Origin: Armatimonadota bacterium
Lineage (GTDB): Bacteria > Armatimonadota > UBA5829
Length of the DNA: 64,000 nucleotides
Direction: 5' to 3'
Assembly: GCA_050948905.1 (NCBI GenBank)
Contig: JBMNES010000001.1
Location: forward strand, 821,448-885,447
Within the stretch, counting starts at the first letter, position 1; the number at the start of each line of letters is the position of its first letter. The notes below the pieces were generated by a model. The model was given only the letters and a program-made list of their open reading frames with translations. It made no database searches and was not told the DNA's origin. Made by a program: the position numbers and the translations under genes. This document shows positions 46,337-55,421 of the stretch, piece after piece.

Positions 46337-47938
46337 ATGGATAGCACCGAGCAGCTTGAGGATAAAAGCACAGATTCCGGCAAAGAAAACGTCATTACAA
46401 CCACCGAAGGCAAGAAACACTTCGCCAGAAACACCGCCTCAAGCCTGATCTTCTTCGCGTTTAACGCCATCACCTCGCTCATGATGGTGCCGTATCTGAT
46501 CCACCGCATCGGGATCGAAAACTACGGCATGGTCACGCTCGCCAACTCGTTTATCTCCATGACGCAGGTGTTCACCATAGTCATCGTGGGCACAGTTACC
46601 CGCTTTGTGATGCTGTATGCTGCGAAGGGTGAAAACGAGACTGCAAGGAGATATTTCAGCACGCAATTTACCGCGATTGTGGTGATGTGCGCGATTATTT
46701 TGCCGGTGGCGGGTGTGCTTTCATATCTGACACCGAGGTTTGTCAAAATCCCGCCCGGGCAGACGATCAACACCCAGTGGCTGTTCTTCTTATGTTATCT
46801 GGCGTTTATCCCGAACCTGTTCGTCTCACCACTGCAGGTTGCGCAGTTCATTAAACAGCGATTCGATATTCGCAATATGCTGGAGATTGTTAACCAGGTC
46901 TTCAGATATGGCACCTGGATAGTGATGTTTGCCGTGATGACCCCGGCGCTGTGGCAGGTGGGGCTGGGGTATGTTATCGGGTCGACTGTAGTTATATTTT
47001 CTACCTGGCTCGTATTTATGAAGCTGACCCCTTATCTCAAACCGACTCTTGGCGTGTTTGATAAGGGCAAGTTCTTTGAGATGGTGCGGATGGGGGGTTG
47101 GGTGACGGTCAACCAGGTAGGCTCAATGCTTTATTTGAGCGTGGATGCCATTGTCATTAACAGATTAATGGGGCCAGCCAGTGTCGGTAAGTATGGCACG
47201 ATTTTGGGGCTTTTTTCGATGTTGAGGGGAATGAGCAGCCTGATGTCGGGGATGATGATGCCGCTGACGATTTCGTACTACGCTCGAAACGATATCCCCG
47301 GACTGATGCGCAACTCGGCCAAGGCTGTAAAGTTTATGTCTTTGGGGATGGCAGTGCCGCTGGGGTTGGCGTGCGGGTTTATTGTGCCATTTATAAGCTG
47401 GTGGTTGGGGCCAAAATACGCGTATTTGTGGATTGTGGCGTGGCTGCTCCTGGCTCCACAGGTATGGAACTCGTCGATGGAGCCGCTGTTTGCCATAAAT
47501 AACGCGGCAAATAAGGTCGCGTTACCCGGAGTGGTGGCAGTGGCAGGCGGTTTAGTAAAATTGGGGCTTGCGATTGTTTTAATAAAATATACATCGCTGG
47601 GGCTGGTCGGTGCTGCGTTGGCTAACCTGATAGCTTTCGGCCTCAAGAATGTGGTATTTACACCGATATATGCCGCACATATCCTCAAAAGTTCGAGCGC
47701 GTCTTTTTACAAAGCCACAATACCGTCGGTATTCGTATTCGCTGTGGTAGCGGCGATATCGTGGCAAGTGACGCAGATGATAAGCCTCAAGACATTACCG
47801 ACGATCGCAGGAGTGGGGCTGGCGCTATTGGCGGTGTTTGCCCTGCTCACATATAGATTCGCTATGAACGAGGATGACAGGCGGTTTTTCAGGCAGGTTG
47901 CGCCGTGGAGCAAAAAGAAAGGAACCTCGGCGATTTGA
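46337..47938 (+). CDS. Polysaccharide biosynthesis protein, Wzx-like MOP-superfamily flippase
   Basis: ~12-14 TM helices; N-terminal SSLIFFAFNAITSLMMVPYLIHRIGIENYG typical of Wzx/RfbX. Confidence 0.75.
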   Translation: MDSTEQLEDKSTDSGKENVITTTEGKKHFARNTASSLIFFAFNAITSLMMVPYLIHRIGIENYGMVTLANSFISMTQVFTIVIVGTVTRFVMLYAAKGENETARRYFSTQFTAIVVMCAIILPVAGVLSYLTPRFVKIPPGQTINTQWLFFLCYLAFIPNLFVSPLQVAQFIKQRFDIRNMLEIVNQVFRYGTWIVMFAVMTPALWQVGLGYVIGSTVVIFSTWLVFMKLTPYLKPTLGVFDKGKFFEMVRMGGWVTVNQVGSMLYLSVDAIVINRLMGPASVGKYGTILGLFSMLRGMSSLMSGMMMPLTISYYARNDIPGLMRNSAKAVKFMSLGMAVPLGLACGFIVPFISWWLGPKYAYLWIVAWLLLAPQVWNSSMEPLFAINNAANKVALPGVVAVAGGLVKLGLAIVLIKYTSLGLVGAALANLIAFGLKNVVFTPIYAAHILKSSSASFYKATIPSVFVFAVVAAISWQVTQMISLKTLPTIAGVGLALLAVFALLTYRFAMNEDDRRFFRQVAPWSKKKGTSAI

Positions 47939-47940
47939 CG

Positions 47941-49077
47941 ATGCGACTGAACAATGCACGAGCCGCATTTTTGGGATTTCACGGTTTTAGAAGCACCGGG
48001 GATGACGCGCTGGCCTCGGCTATCGGCTGGTGGTTGTATGACAATAGAGGAGTGCGACGTTTTATAATCCCCGCTGAGCGTAGGGATTTGCCGATCCTGC
48101 CGAAGCCTTTGGAGGTCTCGACTCCGCTACCGTGGCTTAACCGGAGCCGATTTAGAAGGGACTGGCGCTGGCATCTGGCTGTAAAACGCAGCAAAATTGT
48201 TCTGCTTGCAGGCGGCGCGAATCTGCACGAGAGAATAGACTATCAGCATTTTTTGAAACTCGTCAGGCTGGCGAAAAAGTCTGGTTCATTGGTATTCGGA
48301 GCGCTTGGGGTCTCGATGGGGCCTTTTGAGACTCAGAAGAAGATTGATGAGTGTGGGGAGTTTCTTGCAGCGATTGATTTTCTTACAGTGCGGGATCACG
48401 CTTCTTACGAGATGGCTTGCCAGTATTCTCTGCCGTATAAACCCGTCGACGCTATGGATGCGGTGTTGACGCTGCCGGGAGTGTATGGCGTTTCGACTGA
48501 ACCTAAAACCGCACTTAAATCGGATGTTTTGGATATCGGAATCTCCGTCAGCCCGTATAAACCGATAGCCGGCAAAGGAACCGCTGGGGACCGGATTTCC
48601 GCGATTGCCGATGCTATGATCGGATTTTCGAAGCAGCATAACATCAGAGTGAATCTGTTTGAGTTTTCCGGATATGCGACTGGTGGGGATCGGCAGTTAA
48701 TCGATGAATTGAGCTCCGCATTGGAGGGCAAGTGCGAGGTGGCGATTCAATCGTATAACCTCGACCCATCGGTGATATGGAAAAAAGTTGCGGATATGGA
48801 CATTATGATCTGTACGAGGTTCCATGCGTCGGTGTTCTCTTATGCGGCGGGGGTGCCGTTTGTGATGCTGGATTATCACCCGAAGTGCGCCGCATTCGCC
48901 GAGGATATCGGTCTGCCGGAGGAGCTGAGGCTGGATGTATACAGCCTGCAGCCACAGGATTTGATCGATAGCCTCGAGCTGTTGATTGACCCCAATCGCC
49001 CGCGGCCTACCCTACCTTACGCCGAAGCCCTTGAGCGAGCTAACCTGAACTTTGAGCCGCTGCAGGAACTGCTGTAG
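47941..49077 (+). CDS. Polysaccharide pyruvyl transferase family protein (CsaB/WcaK-like)
   Basis: FLGFHGFRSTGDDALASAIGWWL N-terminus typical of the PS_pyruv_trans family. Confidence 0.65.
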   Translation: MRLNNARAAFLGFHGFRSTGDDALASAIGWWLYDNRGVRRFIIPAERRDLPILPKPLEVSTPLPWLNRSRFRRDWRWHLAVKRSKIVLLAGGANLHERIDYQHFLKLVRLAKKSGSLVFGALGVSMGPFETQKKIDECGEFLAAIDFLTVRDHASYEMACQYSLPYKPVDAMDAVLTLPGVYGVSTEPKTALKSDVLDIGISVSPYKPIAGKGTAGDRISAIADAMIGFSKQHNIRVNLFEFSGYATGGDRQLIDELSSALEGKCEVAIQSYNLDPSVIWKKVADMDIMICTRFHASVFSYAAGVPFVMLDYHPKCAAFAEDIGLPEELRLDVYSLQPQDLIDSLELLIDPNRPRPTLPYAEALERANLNFEPLQELL

Positions 49078-49084
49078 ATGCCTG

Positions 49085-49170
49085 TGTGGTCATCCTGCGC
49101 GAAGTCGCAGGATCACGTCCCGCCTGTGTTTTCTGTGGATTCCGCGACTGCGTGCGCAATGACAGAGCTT
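49085..49170. repeat. REP-like repeat (site 7): GTCATCCTGCGCGAAGTCGCAGGATCAC and GTGGATTCCGCGACTGCGTGCGCAATGAC
   Basis: Modules shared with sites 1 and 2. Confidence 0.75.
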
Positions 49171-49180
49171 CTCATCATTA

Positions 49181-49189
49181 TGGTATAAT
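49181..49189 (+). promoter_or_regulatory. Extended -10 promoter element TGgTATAAT upstream of the GT2 gene (RBS GGAGG at ~49205)
   Basis: Consensus extended -10 located 27 nt upstream of the ATG at 49216. Confidence 0.5.
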
Positions 49190-49215
49190 CACATAACCAG
49201 CACCGGAGGTTGTGA

Positions 49216-50184
49216 ATGGCCAATCCACGCGTATCTGTCTGTATCCCCGTATATAATTTAGAGCTTTATATCGCCGAGGCTCTGAATTCTTTAAAGGCTC
49301 AAACCTTTCAGGACTACGAGGCTATTATCGTCAACGACGGTTCTACTGACCGCAGCGAGGAGATCATAGCGCCGTATCTCGAGGATCCACGGTTTAGGTA
49401 CATTAGCCAGGAGAACGGAGGGGTTGCACGGGCGCGGGAGACTGCGACATTGGCCGCCAAAGGAGAGTGGTTCGCCCATCTGGACGGGGATGATATCTGG
49501 ATGCCGAATAAGCTGGAAAGACAGTTAGCTCTGGCCGATGAAGACAAAAGGACCAACTTCCTCTACAGCAATCTGATTCAGTTTACCGAGACCGGGCAGG
49601 AGAGTGTGCCATATACCAAACCGATGCCGGAAGGGGATATTACGGCGGACCTCTACAGGGATAACTTCGTTGGGACATCCACGGTTATGATCAAAACGGC
49701 AGATATCGCAGCCGTTGGGGGATATCCAATTCGGCCGTATGGTGAAGACTATCTGATGTGGCTGCGAATCGCGCGAAACGGGATATGGGCCAGGATGTGT
49801 ATGGAGCCGCTGGTGCGTTACAGGTTGCGGGGGCAGAGCCAGGTAAGCGATAGGCTGCTCAATCTCAATAAACAGATTGGTATTATGAGCGACGCGCTGG
49901 AAAGAGAGGACAGGCCGCAGTATGTCCGAATTCTTAATGCGGGTCTGGCTAACGTCAAACGCAATATCGCCTATGAAATGGCGCGGAAAGCGTCAAGGGG
50001 TGAAGAAGGGAACATCGAACAGCTTCTGTGGCAATCCTGGAATTGCAGCAAACAGGGCCTTAAGCGTTTGGCGATGGCGACGATGTTCTCGCTTTCACGA
50101 ATTACTCATATCAAAGCCGGGCGCAATATCGTTATGCGTATGCTGCAGAGACTCACAGACCGGGAGGCTCTAGCCGACCAGTGA
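49216..50184 (+). CDS. Glycosyltransferase family 2
   Basis: VSVCIPVYN..; DGSTD; GDDIW (DxD) motifs. Confidence 0.85.
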   Translation: MANPRVSVCIPVYNLELYIAEALNSLKAQTFQDYEAIIVNDGSTDRSEEIIAPYLEDPRFRYISQENGGVARARETATLAAKGEWFAHLDGDDIWMPNKLERQLALADEDKRTNFLYSNLIQFTETGQESVPYTKPMPEGDITADLYRDNFVGTSTVMIKTADIAAVGGYPIRPYGEDYLMWLRIARNGIWARMCMEPLVRYRLRGQSQVSDRLLNLNKQIGIMSDALEREDRPQYVRILNAGLANVKRNIAYEMARKASRGEEGNIEQLLWQSWNCSKQGLKRLAMATMFSLSRITHIKAGRNIVMRMLQRLTDREALADQ

Positions 50185-50210
50185 GCAATGACTAGCTAAT
50201 GGCAGGCTTA

Positions 50211-52682
50211 TTACTCCATGGATTCCCCGGTGTCGAGCATTTCGGGGCTCTCAGAGTCGCCATTATTTCTACGCCCAAACAGCTTCCTGCGCAACGCCGC
50301 CCAGAGATAATCCATCTCGTCGACTTTGAAGAGGCGAAGCAGGGCGAAGTATACGACCCCGCCGACCACCATGGCGACCAGAACAGTCAACACCGACCCC
50401 ATCCTGCCCTCGACGCGAGCAATAGGCCGTGCGACGATCTCGGCCGGATAGGCCTCTTCCAAAAGTCTGCGATTCAGCTCCGTTAACTGCTTGCCATCCG
50501 GGTTGGAGGCTACGAGCGCGACGGTCTTTTTAGAGAGGGAGACCCCTTTGAATCGCTCGGCAGAATATAGCGTGTTGGAGTTTATTAGCTCGTTGAGATC
50601 ATGGGCCAATGATTCTGGCATCTTCGAGGCCGATTTGCTGATCCGCGCGAACTGGGTCAGCCGCTGCTTTTCACTTTGCGACATCTGAGACATAATATAC
50701 TGGCTGATGGGCTTGTATACGGCGCGTTTTTCGATGCTGTCGGGATCGACTATTTGAATACTCAGCCTCGCAAGGTCTGCGATATCGGGACCTCGTAACT
50801 CAGGGTTGGATTTGCCGAGCTTATCGTTGCTTCCCTTTGGCTCATCAAGCATTCTGCGCAGCCAACCCTGGAACCGATCCGCCATTTTGGTGCCGATATG
50901 CGGCGTAATCGAATCAAGATATGCCGACTCCATCAGCCGCCGGTTCATATCTGCCAGTTCGCTGCCAGTGGGGTGCGATTCGATCTGCTTTTTTATATCA
51001 GATGAGAGCAGCACCCTTGCGAACCTGTCTTTACTGTAGAAAGAATCGCTGGTAAATATTCGGTTAAGTTCATCGACCAGCATCTCCCTGATCTCCGGCG
51101 TTTGTTTGGCTGCCAATCGATCGTCCACTATCTGTTGACGTGTGGTGGGTTGCACTCCTGCAAGCAGGTCCTTTGAAAGCGGGGTCTGGTCTCGTTTGAG
51201 TTTGGCTGCGAGCGCGGATGGTTTGGGCAAATCTCCATCCTGAATCTGCCATGATCCCAAAGCACCAGCCATCCCGACCCGCACACCGTAACAGACCACA
51301 CCCATCACAACCGAGGCGATAAAGGCCAGGCTGACTGTGCGGATAATTTTAAGAGATTCCAGCCCGTGCAATCTCCTGCGCAGCACCCAACTCATACCAA
51401 CGAAGTGCAGGGTTATGCCGATTGTGGTCGCCAATGCGATCCCCGGCGCGCCCATAGCCTTCATCAGGATCATATTCAGCGGTATAAAGATCACCGTGGA
51501 CAGCGTGCCGATGGCGACCGGGGTAATGGTGTCCTGCATAGCGAAGAAGCCAGGCGCAACTATCCTTTGCCCAGCCCAGGCGAAAATGCCCACCGAATAC
51601 CATATCAACAGCAGTGCGACAGGAGCGACGCTGGATGGCCTGAACTCACCGCCCATATAGATGGCTCGAACAAGCGGGTCCGCCATAACCACCATAAACG
51701 CCGTCGCTGGCAGGCTTTCGACCATTATCCCGCGCAAACCGTAACTTACCCCGCTGCGCATATCGCTGAGCGCGTTTTTTGCCGCGTAAGCTGAGAGCAT
51801 AGGCAAAATCGCTGTGCCCGCGGCCTGTGCGAATATGCCTAGTGGGACCTGCATCAGCCTGTTCGCAAAGTTGAGGTCGGCGGGCGCACTGGCGGAGACG
51901 AAACTGGCGAACCACCTGTTGACTATCACGTCGATTTGCGGCAACCCCAGGCCAAATATGACCGGCACAGCAAGTTTTGCAACCCGGACGACGCCGGGGT
52001 GTCGCAGGTTCAGGCTGGGATAGAACGAGTAGCCTTCCTTGCGCATGCAATAGAAAGCGTACGCCACGTTGCCTACAAACGCGCCTATGAGCGTGCCGAG
52101 AGCCAGGCCTGCAACGTGAAACCACTTTGCAAGCACCACAGCACCGAAAATTATGCCGATGTTATAAATCACCGGCCCGGCAGCGCGCGCGGCAAACTTC
52201 TGGCGGGACTCCAGGGTCGCGCTCATCAGCCCACCCATGAAAAAGAACAACTGGCAGGGCAAGATTATGCGCGTGAGCATCACGGTGAGGGGAACAAGTT
52301 CGGGGTATCGGGTGACAAAACCCGGCACCGCGAGAATGCTGACCAGCGGTTTTGCGTATATCCAGAACACCACGACAGCGGTCAGCAGCACCAGGCCCAT
52401 AAAGCAGGCTATGATGCTGAAAACCTCCCAAGCCTCGCGCTTTTTGCCGGTCTCGAAACGCTTTGTAAACTCCGGTATGAAAGCGCTGGACAAGGCCCCG
52501 CTGGACAGGAAGAAATATAGCAGATCCGGCAGGTTGAACGCCGCGTAGTAGGCGCTGACGACCCCAGTAGAACCAAATTGCCGGGCTATCAGCATCTCTC
52601 TGACTAATCCCAGCAATCGGCTGGCCAGCACCGCGACCAGCATCAATCCCGCGGCTCGTTTGAAACTCTTGTGTGATGTCAT
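50211..52682 (-). CDS. murJ: Lipid II flippase MurJ (MviN) with a ~300-aa C-terminal extension carrying an internal repeat and a terminal TM helix
   Basis: N-terminal 520 aa match MurJ (LVREMLIARQFG, 14-TM layout); the extension holds repeated ..L(A/T)(D/E)(M/L)NRRL(M/L)E(S/E)AY.. segments and a final hydrophobic helix VLTVLVAMVVGGVVYFALL. Confidence 0.75.
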   Translation of the reverse strand: MTSHKSFKRAAGLMLVAVLASRLLGLVREMLIARQFGSTGVVSAYYAAFNLPDLLYFFLSSGALSSAFIPEFTKRFETGKKREAWEVFSIIACFMGLVLLTAVVVFWIYAKPLVSILAVPGFVTRYPELVPLTVMLTRIILPCQLFFFMGGLMSATLESRQKFAARAAGPVIYNIGIIFGAVVLAKWFHVAGLALGTLIGAFVGNVAYAFYCMRKEGYSFYPSLNLRHPGVVRVAKLAVPVIFGLGLPQIDVIVNRWFASFVSASAPADLNFANRLMQVPLGIFAQAAGTAILPMLSAYAAKNALSDMRSGVSYGLRGIMVESLPATAFMVVMADPLVRAIYMGGEFRPSSVAPVALLLIWYSVGIFAWAGQRIVAPGFFAMQDTITPVAIGTLSTVIFIPLNMILMKAMGAPGIALATTIGITLHFVGMSWVLRRRLHGLESLKIIRTVSLAFIASVVMGVVCYGVRVGMAGALGSWQIQDGDLPKPSALAAKLKRDQTPLSKDLLAGVQPTTRQQIVDDRLAAKQTPEIREMLVDELNRIFTSDSFYSKDRFARVLLSSDIKKQIESHPTGSELADMNRRLMESAYLDSITPHIGTKMADRFQGWLRRMLDEPKGSNDKLGKSNPELRGPDIADLARLSIQIVDPDSIEKRAVYKPISQYIMSQMSQSEKQRLTQFARISKSASKMPESLAHDLNELINSNTLYSAERFKGVSLSKKTVALVASNPDGKQLTELNRRLLEEAYPAEIVARPIARVEGRMGSVLTVLVAMVVGGVVYFALLRLFKVDEMDYLWAALRRKLFGRRNNGDSESPEMLDTGESME

Positions 52683-52760
52683 CCTTAGCCTAGTATAAGA
52701 ACCAGATTACCTCGGCGTCAACTGAGTTGGCACATAACGTGCAACAGTATTATACAGAAG

Positions 52761-52834
52761 CGTGTTCTCCTCTATATGTCACAACTACGGAATGTTGTGT
52801 GCAGCCCGCGATAATTGTCGCGGGCTATTTTTTT
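52761..52834 (+). ncRNA. Candidate small RNA or leader attenuator: TTGGCA-N17-TTATAC promoter (52726-52754), ~75-nt transcript ending in the GCCCGCGA-TAATTG-TCGCGGGC hairpin plus T9
   Basis: Promoter-like hexamers and a strong intrinsic terminator in the 250-nt divergent region between murJ and the GT2 gene. Confidence 0.4.
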
Positions 52835-52933
52835 GGACCGAGCCATAATAGTATTGTTTCAGGAAGGATATTTTACCCGTAGTTTATAAACACTTTCTTA
52901 AGAGTCGCCTGCCTGCCTTATTGGAGGCCCCTT

Positions 52934-53860
52934 TTGTCGCGAAGGCCAACTGTCTCAGTTATTATAGCAGCTTATAAAGCGCCGGAATATTTGAATCAGG
53001 CGATAGAAAGCGTCGCCGCGCAGACTTTTAATGATTACGAGATTATAGTTGTCGACGACGGCTCCGGTGAAGAATACACCAGCCAGTATCGTCTTCCCGA
53101 GAACGCCACTCTTATTTGCCATCCACACAATGTCGGCGCTGTAGCAGCGACGCGCAACACCGGTATTCGCGTGTCGCGTGGCAAATACCTGGCGTTTCTG
53201 GATCAGGACGACATCTGGGTGCCGGAGAAGTTGGCGGTTCAGGTTAAGGCGTTTGAAGATAACCCGGGGGCGGGGCTTGTATATTCTCACTACAAAGCGG
53301 TGGATGAGCGGCTAAATCCGGTCGGAGGAGAGACAAAACGCCGGTCGTCTTTGCGTGATCCTCTAAAAAAACTCAGCAGAGGATGTATTATCCGCTCCCC
53401 ATCGTGCGTTATGATCCCTCGGCGAGTGATCGACGAATGCGGGATGTTCGATGAGTCAATACCGGGCGCGTCGGATTGGGAATTGTACTGGCGCATTGCC
53501 AGTCGATACAGCTTTGTCGTGTCGCCAGACCAGTTGACGCTATACAGGATGCATTCCGACCAACTGCATAAGAGAAAACCCTATATGCACGCGGCAAAGT
53601 TACTGATGATGGATAAAGCTCTCAAGTGGTCACAAAGCGAGCGGCCGGATATGCTAAAATGCGTAAGGCATAATTATGGCAGGGTGCTGCGACAATTGGC
53701 AATCGCCAAACTGGAGGATGACCCAGCAGGCGCCGTCGAAATAATGAGACACTCGATAGCCATGTGGCCTTATAATATTCGACATTATTTATATCTGGCT
53801 CGGATTATACACGTTTATCGCAAAAAGAATCGTACACCATCAAACCAAACGGCTGGATGA
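52934..53860 (+). CDS. Glycosyltransferase family 2 (TTG start, GGAGG RBS)
   Basis: VSVIIAAYKAPEYL; DDGS; DQDDIW. Confidence 0.85.
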   Translation: MSRRPTVSVIIAAYKAPEYLNQAIESVAAQTFNDYEIIVVDDGSGEEYTSQYRLPENATLICHPHNVGAVAATRNTGIRVSRGKYLAFLDQDDIWVPEKLAVQVKAFEDNPGAGLVYSHYKAVDERLNPVGGETKRRSSLRDPLKKLSRGCIIRSPSCVMIPRRVIDECGMFDESIPGASDWELYWRIASRYSFVVSPDQLTLYRMHSDQLHKRKPYMHAAKLLMMDKALKWSQSERPDMLKCVRHNYGRVLRQLAIAKLEDDPAGAVEIMRHSIAMWPYNIRHYLYLARIIHVYRKKNRTPSNQTAG

Positions 53861-53872
53861 TCGGAGATAGTA

Positions 53873-54769
53873 TTGACGCAAGACCCTCTCGTTTCAGTAG
53901 TTGTAACGATCTACAAGGAGCCGGAATATTTGAACCAAGCGCTGGAAAGCGTGACCCAGCAGACTTTTGATGACTACGAAATAATAGTTGTCGATGACTG
54001 TTCTGGCGAAGAATACACCGCGCAGTATCGGCTGCCGGAAAAAGCAAAACTTATTTGCCACTCGCAAAATACCGGCCCTGCCGGAGCACGGAATACTGGG
54101 ATTGGGGCAGCACGTGGAAAATTTATCGCTTTTATGGATGGGGATGATGTATGGCTTGAGGATAAGCTATCCATCCAAGTAAAGGCTTTGGAAGATAACC
54201 CGGACGCGGGGTTGGTGTTTTGTCACTACAAAGCGGTGGACGTATTGTTGAACCCAACCGGCAACGAGACAAAACCAAGGGCATCGTTACAGAACCCTCT
54301 AAAAAAACTCTGCAGAGGATGTATCATCCGAACGCCGTCGTGTGTTTTAATGCGCCGAGACGTGGTACTGGAATGTGGCCTATTCGACGAATCTCTGTGG
54401 GGAACTGAAGATTGGGACTATTGGCTGCGCATCGCTCGGAAACACAGAATCCTTGCTCTGCCGGATCAGTTAACGCTCTACAGGATGCACTCAGCTCAGT
54501 TGCATAAGAAAAAAACTAAGATGCATGCGGCTAAATTATCGCTAATGAATAAGTCGCTTTGCTGGGCAAAAAAAGAGCGACCGGATATGCTGAATTGTGT
54601 GAGACGAAATTATGGCAGGATGCTGAGACAATTAGCGGCAGCTAAGGCTTACGAGGAGAAAAACCTTGCGGAGGCGTGGACTTTTTTGAAGCGCGCCATA
54701 TCTATCTGGCCATATAGTATTCAGACCTATTCGCTTGCAGGCAAACTGCTTTTGGCATCTTATCGTTAG
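53873..54769 (+). CDS. Glycosyltransferase family 2, tandem paralog of 52934-53860 (~60% aa identity)
   Basis: VSVVVTIYKEPEYL; DDCS; DGDDVW; co-linear similarity to the upstream gene. Confidence 0.85.
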   Translation: MTQDPLVSVVVTIYKEPEYLNQALESVTQQTFDDYEIIVVDDCSGEEYTAQYRLPEKAKLICHSQNTGPAGARNTGIGAARGKFIAFMDGDDVWLEDKLSIQVKALEDNPDAGLVFCHYKAVDVLLNPTGNETKPRASLQNPLKKLCRGCIIRTPSCVLMRRDVVLECGLFDESLWGTEDWDYWLRIARKHRILALPDQLTLYRMHSAQLHKKKTKMHAAKLSLMNKSLCWAKKERPDMLNCVRRNYGRMLRQLAAAKAYEEKNLAEAWTFLKRAISIWPYSIQTYSLAGKLLLASYR

Positions 54770-54778
54770 GGGACACGT

Positions 54779-55420
54779 TTGAACCAAAAGATTCTGATTC
54801 TTGGAAACAGCATTCTCGCAGAAGAGCTGACCGATGTGATCTCTGAGATTCCGGGATATGAGGTTGCGGGTTACGTAGAGAACCTCGACCCGGAGCGCTG
54901 CGAGAATAGGCTATTCGGCCTGCCAATTTATTGGGTAGATGATATAGAACCGATGAAAGAGACTCACCTTTGTGTGTGCGGTATCTCGACAACCCATAGG
55001 CGGAAGTATATCGAGCAAGTTCAAAAGATAGGAATGCGCTTCGCCACAATAATACATCCGACGGCGCGGGTGTCTGCAGGGGCGGAGATTGGAAATGGGT
55101 GCATTATTGGCCCGCTGTCGAATGTATCTTATGCCACAGTTCTCGGCGAACACGTTTTTGTAAACAGGGGAGCGCTGATTGGCCACCATAGCAGCATCGG
55201 CAGTTTCACCACAATCCAACCCGGCGCTACCGTTGCAGGGAAGGTGACTATCGGAAGCGGAACCTATGTGGCTATTGGATCGACCATAATAGATCGAATT
55301 ACTGTCGGCCAAAATTGCGTGATAGGAGCCGGGTCGGTGGTGGTAAAGGATGTTCCAGATTCTGTTCAGGTTGTGGGCGTGCCTGCCAAAATCGTGAAGA
55401 CGGGCACAGAGGGAAAATAG
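54779..55420 (+). CDS. Sugar O-acyltransferase, NeuD/PglD family (hexapeptide left-handed beta-helix)
   Basis: N-terminal Rossmann-like LILGNSILAEEL; hexapeptide repeats in the C-terminal half. Confidence 0.75.
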   Translation: MNQKILILGNSILAEELTDVISEIPGYEVAGYVENLDPERCENRLFGLPIYWVDDIEPMKETHLCVCGISTTHRRKYIEQVQKIGMRFATIIHPTARVSAGAEIGNGCIIGPLSNVSYATVLGEHVFVNRGALIGHHSSIGSFTTIQPGATVAGKVTIGSGTYVAIGSTIIDRITVGQNCVIGAGSVVVKDVPDSVQVVGVPAKIVKTGTEGK

Positions 55421-55421
55421 T

